DNA of 32,000 nt from Candidatus Saccharimonadota bacterium (GCA_030429145.1 JAUIDC010000001.1:570001-602000), one strand, 5' to 3'. Shown: positions 9,780-20,700, numbered from the stretch's first letter. The notes: generated by a model from the letters alone, not told the origin. Translations and numbers: made by a program.

Positions 9780-11819
9780 ATGTGATTTAACGATGTAGAG
9801 AAGCTACAGCCAAAAGATCAAAAAGAAACTCAGAAGAATACTTCTGAAGTTTCTGATAATGCGAAAGTGGATAAGATGCAGGCGACAGATCAAACTACTA
9901 AGGAAACAGAGATCAGTTTGATAGAGCTACAAAAGAGAATTCAACAGATGAAGGCTTCAAAGGAGTATAATGATGAGGACTTAGAGAACTTAGAAAAAGA
10001 TATTCTTGCCGCTAAAAATAATAAAGAAGTGCTCGAAAGAAAGGCGAAACAATTAGATAGTCTTGCAAAGAAGAAAGATCAGACGACAGAAAATCCATCT
10101 CTCTGGAGAAGGTTTCGGTATGGTAGCTTTCTTGGAAATATGATGGACAAGATAGGCTGGGAGTCATGAAAAGAGCGAGCTGATAAAAAGCTACATGAGA
10201 AAAAAGATACTACCAAAAGAGGGTTTCGAGGAAAAGTAGGAGACGCATTTCTTTTTGCTGGCGCATTTCTCCTAGGTAAAAAAACCTTAGGAAAGCTTCA
10301 GGATTGGTTTGCTGAAAAATTTGGAGATGAGAAAAAGGATAAAAAGCCAGATCAACCTAAGACTGTTGTAGATACTGGACAAACAGATGTCGCTCCACAA
10401 GATCAGAATCATACAACTCCTGATAACAATTTAGGAGCAGTGTTGGAGGATGATAAGACGAATCAACCACCATTGCAACATGGAGAGCAGTCGGAAATAG
10501 ATAAAGCGATAGTAGAAGAGGATAAGCTACGTGGAGACGGAGTGAATGATCTCTATATTCTTTCTCGTCTCTTAGGGATGGGATTTGTTCCAAGTAATCT
10601 CTATAGACGACGTCCTGCAAGATTTATGACAAATGCACCATGGAATTTTAAGGTTGCTTTGTCAGCGCTATTGCCATCTATGCGTGAAAGAGTAGTTCGT
10701 GAAAAAGCATATCTTATCTCTCAGTGAGTTAATCAGTATGACTATGATGCTCATCTCAATAAGCTCAGTGCTTTAGAGCAAGATATTAAGACAGGAAAGA
10801 TAACCTCTTTTGATCAGATAAAGAAGAACTATCCAGATTTAATCGATACAAAACCTTCTCGTATAGAGAAATTACTTCGTGATAAAAAATCACCACTCAA
10901 GAGAGTGAAGAAAGAGGCGGAAACAAAGATTGAAACTCTACAAGATCGTGAGCAGGCCATTAGACAAATCGATGGTGAGATGAAGAGTCTCCAAAAAGAG
11001 GCTGCGGCCAAGTATAAAGCACTAGAAGATTTAGATAAAGCCGCTGTCAAAGACCCAGCAAAGAAAAAACAATTGCAGGTGGAGTTAGAAAAAATTACAA
11101 AAGATTTTCAACGTAAACAAGCAGAACTTTATAAAAAAACAGGCGTGGCGCTACAGGGAGTTTCTAACTCTGATATTGTGAAACTCCAAAGATATCAAAT
11201 GGTAGATCATTTAGTTAAAAACAATGGAGGCCGTTTGAAGTTGATAGAGAAGATCAATGGAAGAGGTGGGAGAATTATGATGAGAGTTGGTCTGGCAGGA
11301 TTGTTCTTTAGAGCAGCTGATGATATCGCAGATCAAGGTATTCTTTCAAAGGAAACAGCACTTGATGCTGCAGATCTGGGTATCTGACTTATTCCAGTGG
11401 CTGGTGGTATTTATGACCTTGGTATGGCAATTTATGGAAAGGACCTCAATGGTAGACAGATGTCGACAGCGGATAGGCGAATAAGATGAACAGTGTGAGT
11501 TGGAACTGCTGTATTAGATTTATTCTCATTTGGTGTCGCAGGTACTGCAGTGAGAGCATGAGTCAAAACTACAACGAGAGTTGTAAAGATAGTGAATAAG
11601 ACCGTAGACGCAGAGAAAGCTATTACCAGATGACTGAAGATTGCCGATGATGTCTATAAAGGTACGAAGGTTGTCACTCATGGGGTGATGCTTGGAGGCT
11701 TGACCTACGGTGTTGCTATCAATGCATATGACCTTACCATCGCTTTGAAAGACGGAAGTGAACCGGTCATCGAGGAGATTAAAGCAAACAATACGGATGC
11801 AAGCAAATCAATTACATAA
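9780..11819 (+). CDS. Hypothetical protein A2 (679 aa; coiled-coil N-half, C-terminal pre-toxin-TG-like Gly-rich hydrophobic module); 8 TGA=Gly
   Basis: Starts ATG-TGA-TTT (MGF...) at 9780; an alternative TTG start is at 9768. Fragments 9867-10169, 10440-10727 and 10905-11387 plus the gaps form one frame-3 reading with TGA at 9783, 10167, 10725, 11385, 11487, 11496, 11559 and 11631. TAA stop 11817-11819. All gaps were checked codon by codon. Confidence 0.78.
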
Positions 11820-11842
11820 CTTTATTATACTATTCAATCAAA

Positions 11843-12865
11843 ATGGCACCGCAAGATACATTTGATATGTTACATGAACAACTTCAGGAAGACTCTGCTA
11901 AGCAGAAACTTTCTGCATTACAGGAGGAGATAAAGACACACATCTCTTCACAGGGCATGGGAACAGAAAAAATAGATCAGATTGGTGACGCTCTTGTCAA
12001 TGGTGAGAAGATAGATAATTTCAAACTGGACATAGATGTACTGACAGTTTCTGCATCCATGATCTATGCAAAGAGACTTTCAAAGGATATCATCCTAAGG
12101 TATCTGTCTGGTGACACACCATGGAAGAATCAATCACTCAGTTGGCGAGACTCTCTGAAAGATAAATTTGTCGATAAGATGGTGAGCCTGTTTTCAAAAC
12201 AGAAAGATGCGTATGATGCCATCTTAGCAAAGATAGAGGCTCCAGTTGTACAAAAGTTTCAAGCACAGCTTGATGCATTGAAACAAGAGGTAGGAGTTCT
12301 TCCAGATCCTAATGCTCCTCAGGGTAGCACAGATAACGCTCCTGAAACTATGCAACCGAATAAGATACCTACGTGACTACCTATTGCAGGCATGAAGAAA
12401 GAAGATATTAGTAGTGATCTTTGACATCGTGATGCACCAAAGAAAGGAGCAACGGAGGATCATAAGTGAATAGACATTAAGGTCGATGAGAATACCCCTG
12501 TGTTAGCCACTGCTGATGGAGAAGTGATTGAAGTTGGTGACCAACCAGACGGGGCCGGGAAATATATTTCTATCAATCATGGAGACTATATTACGAGATA
12601 TTTTCATCTCAACACACAGGAGGTGAAAGTGGGAGATAAAGTAAAGAAGGATAAAGTGATTGCAAAAAGTGGAGCAACGGGTAATGTAACATGACCACAC
12701 TTACACTATGAGATTAGGAATACAAAAAAGATTGCCTATCAGGATAAGCAAACAGCATCGAAATATGAGGTGCTTGATCCGGAAAAATATTTAGATTTTG
12801 ATGGTGACGGTAAGGTTGTCGCTCTCAATAGTGATGAGGTAGAAGAGACAACTATAGCAGCATAA
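11843..12865 (+). CDS. M23/LytM-family metallopeptidase domain protein A3 (340 aa; helical N-half, no signal peptide); 4 TGA=Gly
   Basis: The stitched C-half reads LPIAGMKKEDISSDL-G-HRDAPKKGATEDHK-G-IDIKVDENTPVLATADGEVIEVG...YISINHGDYITRYFHL...SGATGNVT-G-PHLHYEIR. This is the full M23 signature (HxxxD, HxH). TGA at 12374, 12422, 12467 and 12692. TAA stop 12863-12865. Confidence 0.92.
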
Positions 12866-12887
12866 TCTTTATTTAATCGACAATATT

Positions 12888-15848
12888 ATGTGATTTGGAG
12901 ATAAAGGAGTAGAACTAACGAAGAAGGTTTCAGACAATGTCGATAATATGCAGATATTGGATGAAAAGAAGGTTTTGGAGCAGACAAAACATGATTTGTT
13001 GCAACTGAAAGATGATGTAAGATATGCTGAAAAGGTTTCAGATGAGTTGGCGAAAGGTGGATGGATAGACAACATCCTTGCTACAGAGCGGAAGAGAAAG
13101 CTTCACGCGCCAGAGCAGAGAGAAAAGCAGGAGGCTGTCAATCAAATAGCTGAGAAAGTTGAAGAAGTTCGTACACAGTTTGATACTTTGTCGGATGATA
13201 AAAAAGAAAAGGTAAAGAAAATGACTGTGGTGCTTCAACAGATTAGAGCAGAGCTTTTTGGTCTACAGCAACAGATTGTCGACACAAAAGCACTTGAGCA
13301 AAAAACGATAGAAGCTGCGACAAAAGAACTTGATAAACATCGGTATTCTCGCTTGCTTGTTGGGCCATATACAAAATATATTCAGAGAAGGTTTGCTTCG
13401 TTGAAACAGACTAATAAGCAAACTGACCTTTCGATCATAGATACAGTGAAGCAAGCTTTTACAGATTTTTATTATCAGGCTATCGGTGTGATTGGCTGAC
13501 GATTTGCTGGTAAATCTGTTGCGGGTATGGTAGATGGGATAAGCCTCGATGCAATCAAGCAAAAAGGTGCCGAGTTGTTGCAGCAGGTAGACCAAGTGTC
13601 TATTGATGATCTGTCTCCTGAGGCACTACAACAGGGTCAGACTATCATGAAGCGTAAGATAGACAGTTTTGTTCAAAAGCAGTTTGGCAAAAAACTGACT
13701 CCAGAACAGTTAGACCGTATTGCAAAAAAGTTAGACACGAAAGATCTTTTGCGCGAAAATAAAACGCTCCTTGATTTTCTCTCGTCATGAGGAAAGGAGT
13801 GAGCTGATGCAAACCTGTTCCATGCTGGTGTGGAGTGATTGGTATTACCTCTGTCTATGATGACGCAGCTTATCTCAGCATTAAAGGAGGAAGGAGTAAT
13901 TGATACGAAAGAGATTGTTTTCAATGTTACATGAGATGTAATAGAGTATGGGCTGAAAGGGTTCAAGCTGTTTGGAAGCGGCTTGGCATTAGTTCTTTGA
14001 AAGGTCTCTCGAGATGAGGTTGGTGGTCAGATGGCTCGCTTGTACGACAAGAGTCCAGATGAGGCAAAACAGCTTCTCTTTGCTTTGATCTATAGAGGAC
14101 AGCACTCGCCAATATTTAAGCTGATGCTCAATACAGGAGAGTGGCTTGCAAAGCTGCCTATGTTCTTCTTGGCAGACATGAATGATAGTGTCAAATCACT
14201 ATGACATATTAAGGATGTCTATAAGGGAAACATAGATACAGCTATTAAACAACTGGAAAAGATATCAGATGTCCTGCCTGCTAACTTTGGGTGAAAAGAC
14301 CTCCAAGATACTGTGAAGGCTGCTAAAGCGAGCGTTAAACAGATGAGTTCAGTCAATGACATGGTAACTATTCTTCATAACATGGATGAAACGGTTTCTG
14401 TCAGTGAATTCAAAAAAAAACTTACAAGAAATGGTATACAGATAGCTGACTTACCACCGAATATTGCGAATGAACTTAAAAATGCTACTGGAGATCTCTC
14501 AAATCAACAACTCAGAAAAATGCTTTCAAGAGATATCTTAGATATCACAAAACAGACAAAAAATGTATTTTGACAGAATTCGTCCCTCTCTAAGTTCTTT
14601 GGTAAGACGAAGGGCTTGTTGAAAGGAGAGGCGAATCCTTATAAGATGATCGATGATATGAGTCGTTATCTCGATGACGTGGGTCAGGAGTGGAGTAAAA
14701 TGGTTCATCATGGCTCATGGTTTACAAAGCAGAAAGCTAAGTTGAAATTGTCAAATAGACTGATGAATGAGACCTTGGAATCAGGTAAATTTATGTATCA
14801 CTTTGATAATGTGACAGACTTTGAAGACTTTGTGAAAAAGAGTAAGTTCTTGATGAAATCGTCTCCGAGTAGTCTTAAGTTCCTTGTAGGAAAATCACCG
14901 ATATTTATCGTATGAGGTCTGGCTGTTGGAGAGGGAGACACTATGTCGGAAAAGATGAAGTCATTGCTGACAGGATTACAGTGACTCGTGCCGTTAGTTT
15001 GACCATATTTGATCATGTCGGATGCCGGTATCATGAAAGATGGTTGACCAGATATGTGACAGCTTGCTCTCGGTGGGGTCCTCATGTGAGTAGATGGATA
15101 TACGCTTGTTAGACGCATGATGAGAAAAGATTTCGTCGGTATGGCGAAATATATGGCGCAGCCTATTGTTGATGTATGGCAGATCGGTAAGTTTTTGGTA
15201 AATGCTGGAAGAAGAGGGCTAGTTCTTGGTAAAGGTTTTGCGACACTTATGCAAAATCAAGGCAGATTAAATACGTTGAAATGAATTGGAAAGAGACTGA
15301 TGACTAAGTCTAGACTTTCAAGAGTAGGTATTTTGACGGCTGTAGCCATATGAGGGTATGTGAGTTGGGATTACCTCTTTTCATCAAATGATTTGGACAA
15401 AGAAACGAAGGATAAGTTGGCTGAATACAAGGATAATCCTGATAAGCTTGATCAAGAAATTCAGCAGAAATGGCCTACTATGACGCAAGACGAAAGAAAT
15501 GATTATCTCAGAGCGGCGGTACTTCGTCAGTGAGGATTTTCGCCTGAGTATCTAGACGATCTTGAGATAGAATTTGCGAACAATCAATATACTGTCTATT
15601 TGCCATCAGTTATCGCGCGTGATGAGGCTATCTATGTGAAAGACTTACTCAGTCAGTGAATTTCTCGTCTCCAGTCTGGTAGTAGCGTAGATGTTCGTTT
15701 TGCATGACCTGCAAGATATCGTTTCACGAAAGAGCTTACTGATCAGTTCGCTGACATCTCTGAAAATGATAGACGTGCAAAGATGGAAGAGTATGTTCGT
15801 ACTATGTGATATACAGATCCAAATATAGCACTTACAAACAATGCATAA
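12888..15848 (+). CDS. Giant hypothetical membrane protein A4 (986 aa); 22 TGA=Gly
   Basis: Starts ATG-TGA-TTT (MGF...) at 12888. Fragments 12948-13499, 13527-13790, 14313-14573 and 14616-14915, plus the fragment-free stretch 14916-15848, are one frame-3 reading with no TAA/TAG until 15846-15848 (every codon in the gaps checked). The N-third is coiled-coil-like. The rest has multiple Gly-rich hydrophobic segments. Confidence 0.8.
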
Positions 15849-15873
15849 ATAACATATTTTTTTGGATATGAGA

Positions 15874-15906
15874 AAAGCTACGGTTAATACCCCGTAGCTT
15901 TTGTGT
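15874..15906 (+). terminator. Rho-independent terminator closing operon A (possibly bidirectional)
   Basis: 10-bp stem aaagctacgg (15874-15883) / ccgtagcttt (15892-15901), 8-nt loop, T/G-rich tail. An A-run on the 5' side would serve the convergent gene. Confidence 0.65.
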
Positions 15907-15929
15907 GTTCTCTTGTTTTGTAAACGCCC

Positions 15930-16448
15930 TTAGTTTGTAGTGGTTTCGACTCTTGCGTCAGAACCAAAATGATAATGGAGATTATAGGTGTCCCCCTGAT
16001 TGTCATTTGGTTGCTGGGCATTATCGGCATTTGAGCCACGACCACCATTTCCGCTTCCAGTCCCAGCAGGAGCTCCAGGCCCGCCATAATACACGTTAGT
16101 GATTACTCCACGTTGGGTGCTGTTGCCAGAACAATTTCCACCACCGTAACCCTGAGGAGGTTGGTTATATTGATGTCCTCCTTGGTTCTGCTGGCCAGGT
16201 ATATAATTGCTGTGGTCTGTAGGACGTTGGTTTGCTGGCTGATTGCCATTGTTCCTGTTCCTTCTGAGTCGGTTGTAAAGCCAAACGCCTCCTAAGGTAA
16301 GTCCGATTGCAATGATAATAACCACAATAATCCAACCCCAACCTATGCTACTACTGGTAGAAGTGTTGCTAAGGTCCGTTTGTACGTCTTGCGCTTTTGC
16401 GCTGATCATAGCGGCGATTGCCGCCAATGTTAAAGTTAACTGTTTCAT
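15930..16448 (-). CDS. Hypothetical signal-peptide plus single-TM protein with a G/N/Q/P-rich tail (172 aa)
   Basis: Begins MKQLTLTLAAIAAMISAKAQ (signal-peptide-like), then the TM segment IGWGWIIVVIIIAIGLTLGGVWLY, then RLRRNRNNGNQ and a low-complexity tail. No TGA codons; TAA stop. It is the only minus-strand gene inside the accessory region and is locally GC-richer. Confidence 0.6.
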   Translation of the reverse strand: MKQLTLTLAAIAAMISAKAQDVQTDLSNTSTSSSIGWGWIIVVIIIAIGLTLGGVWLYNRLRRNRNNGNQPANQRPTDHSNYIPGQQNQGGHQYNQPPQGYGGGNCSGNSTQRGVITNVYYGGPGAPAGTGSGNGGRGSNADNAQQPNDNQGDTYNLHYHFGSDARVETTTN

Positions 16449-16567
16449 ATAAAATTGGTTTTTTGACTGATTTTGTTTTTCTGCTTCAATGCATTACATA
16501 TATTTTAACTATAAAATAATATAAGTCAAGTATTTTGAGGCTTTTTTTCTTTATATTTTAGTAGGTA

Positions 16568-16596
16568 TTTGTGTGCTGAGAGCCCCGTCGGTATAA
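16568..16596 (+). promoter_or_regulatory. Sigma70-like promoter for operon B
   Basis: TTGTGT (16568-16573), 17-nt spacer, TATAAT (16591-16596), about 40 nt upstream of ATG 16636. Confidence 0.55.
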
Positions 16597-16635
16597 TAGA
16601 TAGAGACAATATTTTTTATCTTGTCGGTGGAGAAA

Positions 16636-17388
16636 ATGATCAATACAGCATCATCTAGTGCAGAACAGGTAAAAACCGCAGTAAATATCAATTTTGCTGA
16701 TTATAAACAGGAACTTCAGACATTCCTTAGACTTTCGGAGAATCAACAAACTCTGGTCGATGTTGTTGCATCTGACCTGACTGCTGCGGGGAGTATACTT
16801 AATCAAGATCCTAATCTGATTGATGACATTGCTGATACAAATGGCGTTGATAGGAAAAGACTAAAAATGGCATACGATATCATCAAAGCGAAAAGTGCCT
16901 GACCAGAACTCTCAAATACTATGTCGGCTGATATCGAAGGAAATACAGAGCCAGAGGTTGACGCAAAAGCTCCTGAGACGCCTGAGCAGAAGATAGCAAG
17001 ACTAACAGCTGAACTGAAAGCAAAAGATAACAGATTGAAAACTATTGAACCAGCTGTGATTGCAGCAGAGCTTGTCACTCATCCGACTAAGCTTCCAAGG
17101 TTCCTTCGTCAGAAGATGCGTAACAGGATGATCGCTCGTAAACCAAGAGATCCATATGCGTTGCTCTACTATATGCGTGATGGACAGCTCAGAAGATTTA
17201 GAAAGACAAAAAATAGAATGAAAAATATTGATAATGTGTATCGTGATTTGAAGGCAAAATACGGACCAGATGCACAAGCGAACGAAAAGTTCATCCATCA
17301 AAAGCGTATCATGGAAAAAAGACGAGCAGTCATTGAGCAGGCATACAAAGCCGTTCAGTGAGTAAAACCTATGAAAGTATCTCTTTAA
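16636..17388 (+). CDS. Hypothetical protein B1 (250 aa; basic C-half); 2 TGA=Gly
   Basis: Fragments 16621-16902 and 16921-17361 share frame 1 and are joined by TGA 16900. Read-through of TGA 17359 reaches TAA 17386-17388. ATG 16636 is preceded by GGTGGAG; TTG 16621 and GTG 16627 are alternative starts. Confidence 0.65.
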
Positions 17389-17409
17389 TCTTCTCAAAAC
17401 AATAGACTC

Positions 17410-17724
17410 ATGAAACTAACTAATGAAATTCAGTCACTTCTTCTTGAGATCCAGCTTGATGCAGATGAGCAGTTGGAAGATATTGTACTGGACGCACAAG
17501 AGTACGGCATGGAATGTATCATCGAGATGGTAACACCAAAGCTTACTCCAGAAGATATTATTGTACTTGATGAGATGATAGATGATGATAAGTCTGTTGA
17601 TGAGCTTGATGAGTGGTTAGGGACGAAAATAGAGGACTATGACTCATACGTGAATAAAGCTCTCGAGATGGTAAAAGAATATCTTCAATGAGAAGAAGAG
17701 GAATTGACCGAAGAACTATCATAA
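17410..17724 (+). CDS. Small, strongly acidic hypothetical protein B2 (104 aa); 1 TGA=Gly
   Basis: ORF 17410-17691 extended through TGA 17689 to TAA 17722-17724. D/E-rich text such as DADEQLEDIVLDAQEY and DEMIDDDKSVDELDEW. Confidence 0.6.
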
Positions 17725-17751
17725 TACAATTTATACAAAAACATATTTACC

Positions 17752-20700
17752 ATGGATGCAAACAAAACTAAAAAGTATCTAGACGAGCGTGCCAATCAAA
17801 AGGTAAATACTCTCCTGAGAAGAGAGACGCTTGGAGACAACTCACAACAGGTGGTGCAGGATATTGCATCAGACCTTTTCTCGTCGCTAGCAAATGAGTT
17901 TGTTGTCAATGATGATACCGTAAATACTCTTAAAAACATCCAGGATAAAACACTTGCGAAATCCAATGAATTTTCTGTCGATAAAGCGAACAAGGAATCA
18001 AAGCATCTTGATCTCAATGTGGAGTTAAACCTATTGGCAAGTAAGATAGCTTCTCTCGAGGATGAATTGAACAACCTTCCATGAGGCAATCAAAATAAAG
18101 GAAAAAGAAACTCGTTGAAAGCTGAAATTAAGAGATTGCAGAACGAGGAAGTGACCAAGACAAAGCAATGGCAAAATCTTGATAAGCTAGAGATACAGAA
18201 GATAAAAGACATCACTAGTCATGTATCTAGTCTGCGAGAGACATATAAAGACATTGCAGAAAAAGCAAAAATTGCTTTCAATGCATCTACAGTGGATCTG
18301 GTAAAGTCTTCTACCCCTCACACCTTAGAAGAGCCAAATATGCTCAACGGTGCACAAAACAAGACATATACAGTATATGCTGGAGGAAATAAAATAGATA
18401 CGTCGGGTAATGAGTTTTCTATGATGATCAATGGTAATAAGTTTACGATTGAAAATTTAAAGTTTGATGAGACAACAAGGAAGCTTGATACAGACAAGAT
18501 CATTGTAAAAGATGCCGATGGAAATGTTGCACAAGACTGACTCGTGATCCCACTGGAATATCGAGCATCTTTCAAGACAAGCGTGAATGATAAGACGAAA
18601 AATGGTACAGAGCAGATGACTTTTGCAGCACAGCAAAGAGTAAATCTACAGCTCACCACAAATAGACTTTCTGCTACAGATCAAGCTTCGGCACTTAAAA
18701 GTAAAAGAGTCAAAATAGATCAGCTCTCAAGTGTCGTCTATAACTCTTTTGATGATGTACGTGATACACTTATCAATGAGATGATTGATACTATTGCGGG
18801 AGAAAATGTGTCTGATGAAAAAAAGAGAAACATAAGAGCAGCGGTGATTGCTCACTTGAACAATGCGGGTTTCAGTTATGATGAAGCTGCATTCAGCGAT
18901 GATGTTGTGAGCAAAGACTCAGTGTTAATTGATGTCGCATACAAAGGGACAAAAAACCAACTCAAGAAAGACATAGAAAATAAACGAACCTCTAATGAGA
19001 TCCTTTCAAAGGTAAGACCTTTCTTGCGTAAACAGCTGGAAGCTAAGTTCTATGATGGATCTGCTGCATGGAATACTGGTGCAAATACTATCAATAGTGT
19101 CATCCTTAGTTCCATCAATGCAGGAAACAATATTGATACAGCTATGCAACAAAGAGTACTTTCGAAACACTCAAATAGAGTCGGTGATTCACTCAATAGA
19201 GTATTTACCGAGCATCTACATGGTGCATTGAGTGAAGAGTTCTCTGCATATATCGATCAGTTTGATGCAGGCACATTTACGAAAGAACAGAAAGACCAAC
19301 TTATCGCTGAGATGGTTAGTCAATACTTTCAACAGTTTACTATGTTGCAGTTCATGCAAGATTATAATAACTGGGCAGATAATTGACTCACGGACAAATC
19401 ATTTAAGGGTAGTGATCAGGTTGCTTACGAGAAGAAATTTCTCGAATTCTTAAGGGCTGGCACACAGGATAGCATCTTTACAAGAGGAAAAAAGAGGTTG
19501 AAGAGCTGGATCGGCGACACATTGGAAAACAATCAAGCTCTCTCAAGAGAGATCCATGACCATATTGACAGGGCTATCAGAGAGAAGGCTGATCCTGTGG
19601 CAAATCTCATTTCGACAACAGCAGGCAACCATACTGTTAATTTGCTCAATCTCTACGAAAGCAATCGTGGTAACTTCTTTCCTGCACAAGACGAAGCGGC
19701 AAGAAGATATAGAGGTATGCCTGGTATTAGAAACATTAGACGTTTGCGAGATCGTAGTTTCCGTGGCGGCCACAATATCAATCGTGAGGTTGTTCGTAAT
19801 GTCCAGAACAACAGCTATATGACCTTCTTTGAGAGGATTGATAATACACAAAATCCAGAATCTATGAAAGATATACAGCTTCCAATGGGACTTGGTAGTG
19901 TAGACATCTCTGTAGGTCTCCAGTATCATCCTTTCCAAGGAAGCCTTGCGCAAAATGGTACGGTCACAGTCAATGTAGCAGGCAAAAATGTGAACGTCGG
20001 TCCAGTGGAGCGTATTTCACATGGTTTTGGTCTTCATGGTATGGTTGAGTCAGTGCTACGCCATAGATTTCATGAAAACGAAAGTGTAAACAATGTCATT
20101 ACTGCAAATGTTGTATTAGCTATGTATAAGTCTTTGGTAAAACAGGCTATAGAGAAGCTCGGAGAACTTCGTGCAGGCAATGAAAGAATATCGCTCAATA
20201 AAAATGGTAACCTTGTGTTTGAGTGAAGAAATGGTCACTTTGATGAGGAGACTTTGCGTGGAAGAAATGATTATAATAATATTTTTCATCAACTTTCATG
20301 GCTCGCGGGAGGCTTCAACTATATCATGCAACACAAGAATGATGACTATATCAATGGTGTTCGCAATAGGCGCTTCAACAGTCCAGGACGTGCAAGTCTT
20401 GGGAGATCGCTTAACCCGCTCTATAGATATAGAAATAGAAACCTGCTTAAAAACAATGTCGAGTTTCAGTGTGATGGTATCCAAGGAACGTACGATAAGC
20501 GAGGTAGATTGACTCTTCAGGTACAGTCTCCAGAAGGTGAGACCATACAGTTGCCACCAAGAAGCAAGATGAAGAAATTTACTGATGCAGTAAGACAGAC
20601 AAACTTGGAGGATATCTTCTCGTCACCACTTGTCTATGGAAGACAGCATGAAATCTTGAAGGCCTTCTATAAGGCTTATCTTGAGAGGTTGTTCCAAAAT

